Assembly: GCF_003918875.1 (NCBI RefSeq)
Contig: NW_025766625.1
Location: forward strand, 1,178,001-1,242,000
Length of the DNA: 64,000 nt
Direction: 5' to 3'
Source of the DNA: Haliotis rubra
Lineage: Eukaryota
Shown here: in pieces, positions 23,106 through 33,781 of the stretch
How the letters are laid out: each line of letters opens with the position of its first letter
Numbering within the stretch: position 1 is the first letter of the stretch
Made by a program: the position numbers and the translations under genes
Notes under the pieces: generated by a model
The model's input: only the letters and a program-made list of their open reading frames with translations
Databases searched by the model: none
Told to the model about the DNA's origin: nothing

Positions 23106-23351
23106 ATGCAACCTCAAAGAGCAACTACGAAACGCGACGAAGAAATCCATGGCAGAAGAGAGTCCAGATTGTGTAAGATCTGTCTGGAGGACCCCGCCAA
23201 CATCGTCTTCCTCCCCTGTGGACACCTGGTTGCCTGTGCCTTGTGTGCCCCAGCTCTGGAGCGTTGTCCAATCTGCAGAAAACACATCCAGGGAACTGCC
23301 CGTGCCTGTAAAGCCGATATGGCGTCTCGACAGAAACGTACTAACTGTTAA
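23106..23351 (+). CDS. IAP-2 last exon, 3' part: C-terminal C3HC4 RING separated by the LTR insertion
   Basis: CKICLEDPANIVFLPCGHLVACALCAPALERCPIC; joins 14191..14217 in frame when the element and one TSD are removed. Confidence 0.9.
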   Translation: MQPQRATTKRDEEIHGRRESRLCKICLEDPANIVFLPCGHLVACALCAPALERCPICRKHIQGTARACKADMASRQKRTNC

Positions 23352-23789
23352 TAACTGACACTGTAACTGAGAGTCCTCATGTCATAGAGCATAAATAACA
23401 TTCGAATCTTGCTTTTTGTCAAAATTAAGATGACAAAATATGCCATCGTAGCCGTAGGAATTATTTCAGATATCGTTATTAACAGTGCCCAACCTCCACA
23501 AACAAACGTGTTTTTACAGCGAGAAGCAACCTCTTTCCATTTCTATTCTTAAATCTGGTCCAATAAGTTTTAGACTCGACGAGAGAAGGGCTTGAGAATT
23601 GTTAAAATAACGAAAATATGTCACAATGAATAACGCGACATATATCGATGTTTTAGAAAGGGCGGCAACTTCACAAGTTACACTCTAGGATTCGATACTG
23701 AAGTGATAGAAGACAATCAGTTAAATGACAACGCTTTTTAATTCACATTGTTGTTATAATTGCAAAACAATTCTACACACTGAATGGTA

Positions 23790-24012
23790 GTATACATGTA
23801 TATACATGTATGAATTAAAATGTGAAATGGTGTTGACATGTATATACATTTATGAATTAAAATGTTAAATTGTGTTGACATGTGTATACATGCATAAATT
23901 ATGTTAAATGTTAAATGGTGTTGACATGTATATACATGTATAAATTAAAATGTAAAATGGTGTTCACATGTATATACATGTATGAATTAAAATGTTAAAT
24001 GGCGTTGACATG
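23790..24012. repeat. About 40-bp AT-rich tandem repeat (about 5 copies)
   Basis: Unit TATACATGTATGAATTAAAATGTTAAATGGTGTTGACATG. Confidence 0.85.
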
Positions 24013-24450
24013 CCGTATCACTTTCCTGGCGCAGAAGTAAATCCTATTGGTTTCACGAACAGAAATACCGAGACATTTGATGTGTCATTTTTCACTACAG
24101 TGGGAACGATTGACACAGCCGTCTGAGATTCGCTGTGGAGAGTTGCGTCCCTTGAGCAGGCCAGACACCCCTGACCGCGGGTTCGATTCCCGGATCGCCG
24201 CAGTTATGTTTCTAGTTTTGTCTGTATCAAACCTGTAGTAGTGATTTTTGCCCGAGTGGTAAACGTCTAAGACCTACATCACATGTCATTGCTCAAACCG
24301 TTAGCTGACACGCCATGATATATGTGGAACAAGTTAAAGGTGGCATCGTTCATACATACTTGAAAAGATGAAATATACATATTATACACATACAACTGCT
24401 TGAATGTACTGGCCAATAGTATGCTTGTTCCATTGTGTTTCTTTGGATGT

Positions 24451-24830
24451 TTGTTGTTTAACGCCACACTCAGCAATATGACACCAGTATGACGACTGTC
24501 TGTTCATAATCTACTCTTGACCTTTCAGCCCAGTGATTGACACCATGAGCATCGTAATGCGCAGTTTGTATATAAGCTTGGGACGGTGGGGTAGCCTAGC
24601 CCTTAAAGCGCTCGCTCGTCACGCCGTAAACCCGGGTTCGATTTCCCACACGGGTACAATGTGTGAAACCCATTTCTGGTGTTCCCCATCGTAATATTGC
24701 TGGAATATTGCTAAAAGTGGTGTAAAACCAGACAGTCAGACAAAGTATATATACCACGACATGCAACAGCCAAGTCAGCGAGCCAGATCATCCGATGCCG
24801 TCTGTCACAGAAGACCAATTCTAACTGGTC
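24451..24830. mobile_element. SINE family B (- strand) with SINE family A (+, 24580..24742) nested inside
   Basis: The two halves of family B flank a complete family A copy. Confidence 0.65.
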
Positions 24831-25029
24831 TCGTCATGTGCTATCATGTTATGTTACAACCGGTTTATCCATCCTTCCGTTCAAGAAGATTGACATAAGA
24901 AAAACAAAAGCTTCGGGTGCATTTTCTGATAGTTTTATTTGCCAAAGCCACAAAATATGTGTGCAAGAGTAAATGACCATCATCTAAGGATCACATATCA
25001 ACTTCAACGGAATAACGACAGTGCACGCT

Positions 25030-25680
25030 ATGTATGGCATATCGACAGAGCATACTTTCTGTCTGACATATCAACTGAGCATACCTTTTGTGTCTGGTAT
25101 ACACACAGTTCAAACTGTGTCTGGTACATCATCAGAGCATAATTCCTGTGTCGTGCATACCAACAGAACACGCAGTATCTGGCATATTAACATATGTCTT
25201 CGGTGACTGTCATATCAACAGAGCATACCTTCTATGTCTGGCATATCAACAGAGCATACTGGCATGTCCACGGAGCAAATCTCCTGTGTCTAGCATATTA
25301 ACAGAGCATACTTTCTGTGTTCTGGCTTATCAACAGAGTACGTTGTAACTGGCATATACACAAACCCATACTCACTGTGTCTGGCATATCAACAGAGCAT
25401 TTGTTCTGTGACTGGCATATCAACAGAGCATATGTTTTGTCTGGCATGTCCACAGAGCATCCTTCCAGTGTCTGGAATATCAACAGAGCATTGTTTCAGT
25501 GTCTGGCATATCAACAGAGCATTCTTCCAGTGTCTGGCATATCAACGGGGCATTCTTCCAGTATCTGGCATATCAACAGAGCATAGTTTCAGTGTCTGGC
25601 ATATCAACAGAGCATACTTTTAGCGTTTGGCATATCAGCAGATCGCTCTTTCTGTATCTTGTATATCAATAGAGCTCTAC
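25030..25680. repeat. About 31-bp minisatellite (CATATCAACAGAGCAT...TGTCTGG)
   Basis: Directly visible; same family as 38200..40920. Confidence 0.9.
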
Positions 25681-26017
25681 TGTCTGCATCTAAATGTGGC
25701 ACAACAGCAATCTCTCTGGTTACATCCGAACCTGTCACAATTTGGGGCACATGTTATATCTTCATAAGCATTTTATACACGTGCGTTGTCAGTGACAGTG
25801 GGAAATTACATAATCACAAAGCGTGATCAAATCAACAACGTATTTTAATCCTTGGTAGGATTGCAGATGTGCACGTACATTTGTACCACATACTCATACA
25901 TACACATTGCACATGTCGCGTTCATAAAAATATGTTTGTATTTCCTCGATAATTCTGATCATTTTGATGTTCTTTATTAGTGTAAAAGTATCTGAAACTC
26001 GAAAAAACATCGGTCAC

Positions 26018-26058
26018 GGGGAATTCCTGGATCCAAAAGGTTCTACTTATTCCCGGAA
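26018..26058. promoter_or_regulatory. Adjacent kB (GGGGAATTCC, 26018..26027) and STAT/GAS (TTCCCGGAA, 26050..26058) motifs
   Basis: Two consensus matches within 41 bp, about 2 kb upstream of the IAP-3 CDS. Confidence 0.35.
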
Positions 26059-27624
26059 GTATTTCAAGTGAATAAGTTCGGATGCTCTCAATCTATCTAC
26101 ACTTGAGGGTAAATGACCACATATGATAACAGTCATTTCGCAATATTAATGAGAGAGCAAATGGGTCGTATGTGTTCAGAGGTATAAGAATTGGTCTTTT
26201 TTCTGTTCAGTGCTCAGATGTTTTGGACAAAATGTGCAGTGAAGATTACATTGTAGTAAAATTGTAGTATTTAGTGTTTTATCGAAAACAAACAATACAC
26301 CTATATCGCAAAATATGATTTGGGTCACAAAACATATTTTCGTTCACTCTTTACATTCCGATATCTTTTTACCCCATTTATAGATCTCATTGTGTCACAC
26401 GTTTCAAATCGTATGAAAGAACTAATGCTTGATAGCAGGCATGTGAAGTTGTCCGATGCATTTGTGGAAACCGAAATGCTTGCTTTGTCTTAACTAGTAT
26501 TTTGTAGTTGTATCTCAGTGTGAGAGCCATGGGACACACCACGTTCTCAGTAAGGAATGTCGTTTTGCTGGAGACTAAATATAAATCATTGATAATTTTG
26601 TACACACGTTACATTGCAAATTCAGCGTTTAACATGTTTCCACGAAAGGAAAAGGCAGCGGAAAAATACATACGTAGATAAGGATGTCATCCGGAATGGT
26701 TGACGTGGCTTGGTCAGCAGCAGGGACTGCAAGACCTGGTTTTCGCAGGGACGACACAATCTGAAAAAAAGAGACACAATTCCTTACCGGCAATGACGTC
26801 ATTGTCATTCACAGAACTATTAATGCCTCCGTGAAAAACGCACGGTTCTGTTTCAGCAAAACACCTATGCATTGTTTTTATTGCCATGAGACGAGTGGAG
26901 TGTTCAAACAATGTAATCGTTACAAAAACCAGGCGCATCTGTCCAATCTGTTTGATTGGCATTTAGAAGTTGGTGACTAATAAGAAAGTAAGAAACAATA
27001 TTACTTTCTTAAAGAGTTTCCAGGCGATAACTGTCAACAATAGACTAGAAAATGTATATGACTGTATATTAAGCAGTGACGTGTAACATATATACAAAAC
27101 ACAATCATTATCACTGCTGTTTAGATCTAGCAATCAACGGTAGTTTATGATAGGAAAAAGGTGTAAATCAATGCTGTGGAAACATGACATGATTGTTCCG
27201 AAAAACTGTCGACTAGCTCTCCGGTTGCCATATCAAGCGCCCTCGTCGAGATACGTCAATATACGTGTGCTGGTACTAAAAATAGCAAGACATACTCAGT
27301 GTTGCTGATACAATAAGTTTCCTCGCACACGAAGGCGCAAAACATGTAACATGTATTATTTTACACCTCGGTATGGGCTCAAAGTGAATCCTTGGCTTGA
27401 AAACATTTTCACCAACGAAAGGGGGTTGTGTTAATGACAGAATATGGGTCTTCGATATTACAAAGGTGGACCAGTATGTTACCCCATCGTATTACCATGT
27501 ATTTGGGTGGGTCAGTCGTCATTAAGACAATTCCTATGTTTGAATCCCGTTAATCATGTCGTGGTGACGAATGATGTTCATCGATGATGTATCTGGGAAA
27601 CACCTTCTTAAAATATCACTTTGT

Positions 27625-27730
27625 GGGAAACCCCGGCTCTATTAATGTTGAACAAGTCAGGTGATCTCAGTGGTTTGTATTGTCGCGAGCTGCGTCAGCC
27701 GATGAGTCATTCGGCGCCAGACCCTCGAAG
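27625..27730 (+). promoter_or_regulatory. Putative IAP-3 promoter/first exon: kB GGGAAACCCC (27625), AP-1 TGAGTCA (27703), donor AG|GTAAGG (27730)
   Basis: Motif cluster upstream of the acceptor at 28017. Confidence 0.4.
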
Positions 27731-28026
27731 GTAAGGTTGTGTGTTTAGTTCTCACGCCACCTCAACACGTCGGCCTGTAGTTACTGGGTTCTGACTATCA
27801 CACACGCAAAACAAATGGCGACATCGTTATGGTAGGGTCTACAGCAGGTATTGAAACAATTCTGCCAATTCTGCCCCACCCCCACCCCACCCCCACCACA
27901 CACACACTCACTCCTGGATTTACAATATTTCTGGTTTTACATTGACTTCAGGACAGATTATACTGTCTGCATAAACCTTCACATACATACATTTACCAAA
28001 TTAATTTTCTCTTGCAGGAAACAACG

Positions 28027-29488
28027 ATGAGGATAAAAAGTCATACACTTATGTATATTTATATCCGATGCCTTTATGTAATACCACCAAAAAGCAAATA
28101 TGTTTTTGAGTTGAAGTATGGAAATATTATCACCAAAAAAGTCGGTGGTGGACACTTGCCCGACATTGTTGTTAATATCACCTGTTTTGATAAGCTCTCA
28201 AGTTATTTTACAAAATCACATAAAAATATGGCGTTTCCGATGTTTTATATGCCGGAGCTAAGAGCGTTCCAGCACATTAGTATCGTGGTATATACAAACC
28301 CATCGATATCACTAAATGGGAATTTTGAAGCTCTGGTTGCTAGACGTGGCGCCACCCTGCAGGAAATCATGGTTTATGAAGCTCTTAGATTGAAATCCTT
28401 CCTTGGAGTAGACACAGCAACTGTATCCACTATACATCTGGCGGCAGCAGGGTTCTATGCAACAGAGCGTTCAGGAGAGATCAGGTGCTTCAGCTGTGGC
28501 ATCCGCCAAAGGATAGGACCACAGGCCCCAGAACGTCACCAAACTGATTGTCGACACAGAAATGGGTTACCTTGTGGAAATATCACCTTTGCTGATTGTC
28601 CCTTGGCTTCTGAGTGGAATATTATTCGAAACCTTCCCAGATACCCGACCACAGATATCGATCTTCATCAACCACAGATGCGACCAACCGCAAGGCAACT
28701 ACCTGGAAACGTCGCTAACAATGCATATGAACCCCGTCAGGCTAACCACGCAGTGCCTGATTACCCTATAGAAGCTAGTCCGGCAGCGCTCGGAGTAAGG
28801 TTGAGAGAGGGACGCCAGGCTCCGCAAAAGACCCCTGGAGAAGATCCTAAACGAGAAGGTACAGTTTGTACGTGGTCGTTATAATCCGATGTAAGACTTA
28901 TTTTATGTGAATGTGTTGGATAAACATTTTTTTCGAGTCTTTTTCGAGCGAAAATGAACAAAACATAAGAAATATATGTGGCGATATTTTGGAGGTAAAA
29001 CACAACTGTGACACCTTTAATAATAATGTGTGAATCCACCCTGTTGCAGGCTCCCCCGGCTTCGTTGGGCCCCGCGAGTTGGATGAAGATCAAGGCAGAT
29101 TGTTTAGAGATATTAACAGGGGATATAATTTCCCCGTCGGCGACAGATCTGGCACTTTCACCTCCTTACAGGTAACATGAATTTAGCTGAATGAAATCGT
29201 ACTGATTGTAACACATTCACATGAGACGTTTGGGTATAAAGCTAACTATACTATTTTTCTGGAAATTGTATTTTGCAGGTGACGCAGCTGGGTAACACCC
29301 CAGAGGCTTTCGGCAATGCTTTTAGTGGACATGGACTGGAACACCCGCAGTTTATGGAATCGAGCTTGTGCAGGATCTGTCGGGAGAACCCCCGCAGTAT
29401 CCACTTCCACCCCTGCGGTCATCTAGTGGCCGGTACCTTCAGAACACCTTCAGAACGTTGCCCAGTTTGCAGGCAACATTTGGCATAA
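28027..29488 (+). CDS. IAP-3: divergent IAP (atypical BIR1, degenerate BIR2, degenerate RING). Exons 28027..28858, 29050..29171, 29279..29488
   Basis: RLKSF...LAAAGFYATE...CFSC; same exon phases as IAP-2; RING CRIC...PCGHLVAGTFRTPSERCPVC lacks one Cys pair. Confidence 0.8.
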
Positions 29489-29529
29489 TTTCATAGTGTT
29501 ATTTAGATTGAGCTGATTTGCTGAAATTA

Positions 29530-31005
29530 TTTTTTATTCAAATATATATGTTCGATCAAATTATTTTCTCGGTTATTTGGCAATGAAAGTTTACCTTTCA
29601 AAATACAGTTTTATCGAATGTGATCATTCACACGTATACGTTCGATGAATTCTATTTTCTCGGTAAATTGGCCATAAAAAACTACCTTTCACAAATCTAA
29701 TTCCAACATCCATCAGACAACCATCATTATGATACAGTGAATATTCTTTTCGAATATTACTACTTACGTGAACACGTTCGATGAAATGTATTTTCTTGGT
29801 TTATAAGCCATAAAAATTTACCTTTCAAAAATCCACTTTCAATATCCGTCATAAAATCATCATTATGATATAGTGAATAGTTTTATCGAAAATTATTATT
29901 CACATGTATGCATACGTTCGAGGAAATATATTTTCTCGGTTAATTGGCCATAAACAAATTACCTTTGTAAATCCACATTAATGATACAGTGAATAGTTTT
30001 ATCGAATATTACTGTTCACATGTATACGTTCGATGAACTAATTTTCTCGGTTTATTGGCCCAAAAATGTACCCTTCAAAAATTCCAATTTCAATATCCTT
30101 CAGACAATCATCATTATGATACAGTGAATAGTTTTATTTAATATTACTATTCACATGTATACTTTCGATGAAATGTATTTTCTCAGTTGATTGGCCATAC
30201 AAAATTACCTTTCAAAAATCTTATTTAAATAACCTTTACAAAAACACCATTAGTGATACTGTGAATAGTTTTATTTAACATTTCTATTCACATGTATACT
30301 TTCGATGAAATGTATTTTCTCAGTTGATTGGCCATACAAAATTACCTTTCAAAAATCTTATTTAAATAACCTTTACAAAAACACCATTAGTGAAACTGTG
30401 AATAGTTTTATTTAACATTACTATTCACATGTATACTTTCGATGAAATGTATTTTCTCAGTTGATTGGCCATACAAAATTACCTTTCAAAAATCTTATTT
30501 AAATAACCTTTACAAAAACACCATTAGTGATACTGTGAATAGTTTTATTTAACATCACTATTCACATGTATACTTTCGATGAAATGTATTTTCTCAGTTG
30601 ATTGGCCATACAAAATTACCTTTCAAAAATCTTATTTAAATAACCTTTACAAAAACACCATTAGTGATACTGTGAATAGCTTTATTTAACATTACTATTC
30701 ACATGTATACTTTCGATGAAATGTATTTTCTCAGTTGATTGGCCATACAAAATTACCTTTCAAAAATCTTATTAAATATCCTTTACAAAAACAGCAAAAA
30801 TGATACAGTAAATAATTTTATTTAATATTACTATTCACATGTATACTTTCAATGAAAAGTATTTTCTCAGTTGATTGGCCATACAAAATTACCTTTCAAA
30901 AATCTTATTTAAATATCCTTTACAAAAACACCAATATTGATACAGTGAATAGTTTTGTTTAATATTACTATTCACATGTATACTTTCGATGAAATGTATT
31001 TTCAA
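29530..31005. repeat. 137-bp satellite array (about 10-11 copies)
   Basis: TCTCAGTTGATTGGCC recurs at 30181, 30318, 30455 and 30592. Confidence 0.9.
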
Positions 31006-33585
31006 AAATGGTCACCAAACAGGAACAACGTCCGACCTCCAAACGTCTCCACAGCAGTTCTTTTTACAGGTCGACATGTTTGGTATTTTTTACAAAAAAT
31101 ATATGCATCATTTAGGCTCCTCAAAAGCAAAACACTCTATTCTTTGACGTGCTGTGGTCACTACATCACCCCATGACTAATAAACTATAGTAATTTGAAA
31201 AAATACTGTTTTTAACATCTTTTGAGATGGCATACACATAATAATTATATTATTGAAAGTTGACAATACTCCTTAAGAAGTGAGCTAACTATTCGTCATC
31301 TGAGTCTGTTGTGAGTTTGTGCTTAAAATATATATACCCGAAATACCAGGTGTGTAATGAGCAGTACCTGTCACTAGGATTTCACTCCAGTGTGCGCTAG
31401 TGACGTTTGAGGCGGCATCACATCAGATACATCGATTTCCTTGTGTCTTTCGAAACTTTCGAATTCAATTTAACAACAAGGAGGTTGTAATAAACTGACC
31501 AGCAATAAAAACGTAATTCAGAATTCATTAAAATTATACTTTTTCAGCATGAGTTTGGATTTAATACTTTAACAAAATTGTTTTGATTTCTGAAATTGTG
31601 TTTCTTTTACTGGTCAGTATATGTATCTAGATGAGTGTGACTTTTCCCCTTTTAACACAGCGAAGATTACAGGGTGGTACGGGCTCAACCATGATTTGAA
31701 CATTTTAGCTTGTTCGAAGAGGCGTCTAAGGAGATCAGACTGTCATTGTATTCAAACTGTATAGATCGATGATCACGATTTCAATCACAAGTCTGTCTAG
31801 CCAAGACTCAAATATTTACTGACCCCCTCCATATGGCTGAAACATACACAAAATTTTCCTTTCATCATTTTCGTAGTACGGTGGGTAAAACTAGTAATAA
31901 CACTCCTGCAATCTTCCGCCTTGATATTGCTGAAAGGGGCCTAACTTCACACTCGCTCATTTACGTGAACATGTCTGTAATTATATCTACATCTGGAAGT
32001 AAATACCGCGATCTTATTTGTTTGCGGCTTTCAAAATTGACTAGTACTAGTAGGACTAAGGGGTGTCTGTATATTCTCTGCTATCTAAATATCAGTGATA
32101 CCCACATACATGTTTGTGCTGATGTATCATCCAGATTTGCTGTTTAGGGAAGTTTAGTTCCACTTTTAGTTTCATAAGTATCCACCACAGTAGTTATCTC
32201 ACTCGATAATGAGTGACTTTATGTTGTGGAGTGTTGTCACATGAAAGCATTGACATCTTCGACGTGAAACTGTACGCCTATTGAGTGTTTGCATGATCCC
32301 AACAATGATATCCCGACGTGGCAAATGTAGCAACATTTATTTGTTTCATTTTCTGTTTAGTTGAGTTTTTAAATGCTCTTTTGTTCCTTTTCTTCATTAT
32401 ATAATACGCGTTATTTAGAATAAGAAAAGCAGAAACATTGTCAGCAGTTGAAAGCTTCACCTCTTTTAGTCTAATTTTCATTATCGTGTCGAGAAGATGG
32501 GTTTCCTTTTAATCTAAGGCACTGTGTTGCTTAGACCCAACATCCGCAGATTCAATTTGTAGCTGTGGTCTGTCGAAGTTCTTTTCTTGAGTTTCCATCC
32601 AACCAACATTTATAATTTCCTGGCCAATTCTTGTGATCATACTATGCTGTGATGTAACCGAAATACTTTTGAGATAGACAATCGGAAAATTATCCCTGAA
32701 CATGATTTTGGCTACCGAACTGGCAAACAGCGAAGGCCTCACTTGAATCAGACACAACACATTTTCCACCATTTGTATGTAGACGTGCGTCTTTTCTTAT
32801 CTTTAGTTAAACTTATTTTTGTTCTTGCTTTTTCGCACAATAGTCGCAGGTATACCTGTAAATCACAGCATATTATTTTCAGATTTCAGTGTAGGCCTAT
32901 TAATAATACAAGTCTAGATCTAATTCCAAGCTATGCTAATTACTATATGTTGTACATAATATATTCAGTCCCAGCATGTTTCTTAGCTGGTGAAATTAAA
33001 TGTGTGTATTTGTTCGTATTAAATTCTGTATATCTGATAATTACTATGTATTTTTAGATTTAGAACAACTTTAAGACTTTTCGTTTTTTGCGTTTACCTT
33101 TTTACCTTTAGTGTGTAAAATATATAGATGTAATTCTTAATTTTTTTTCGCTAATCTGCTTGATGATGATGACCCAGATAACCTTGTTTTGTTTGGAAGT
33201 AAAAAATATTACCTTTCCGTTTTGGGGCAACGTGCATACGCACGTGAGTACTACGTCTTAAATAGCATAGTATTTGTTCCAGGAAACAAACACATTTAAA
33301 CTAATTTTCTTATCTCGAGAAAAAACGTAAATTACATTACAGTACTCACGTATTTACCTAGGTATATCTGGTATCTGGTGCATAATATTTTTGGAATTTG
33401 TCTTGCTTTTATTCATTAATGCTTAATAATGAACAATGTTTATTCCGTTTCTGTAATATTGTTTGACTGTATCTGTTACGGTATTAAATAAAATATTCTT
33501 ATACAATTATAATATATGTTTGAAGAGTAATTATGTTTCGCCAAAGAAGAGGTTTTGAAATTTTGTACGAAGTGTGAATATTTAG

Positions 33586-33781
33586 GAAAACCAAGTTCTA
33601 TGGATAGCCAACTTCTTTATTGCAATGAGTGCGACGTTTCGGTTTAGGTACTAACACCGTCTTCAAGTAAGTCACTTATCAAGCAAGATAACCGAACGTC
33701 GCACTCATTGCAATAAAGAAGTTGACTATCCATAGAACTTGGTTTTCCTTCACCTATACCACTTTTAAAATGCCTCTCAAA
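33586..33781. mobile_element. Short Penelope-like insertion with about 60-bp inverted arms and a degenerate hammerhead motif
   Basis: 17-bp direct repeat GAAGTGTGAATATTTAG at 33569 and 33782; inverted arms 33585..33643 and 33690..33748; TTGAAGA...GAAACGTC on the - strand. Confidence 0.65.

Noticed and set aside
31200-33100. Several 67-104 aa ORFs
   Set aside because: No recognisable domains or consistent splice structure; expected by chance in AT-rich DNA.
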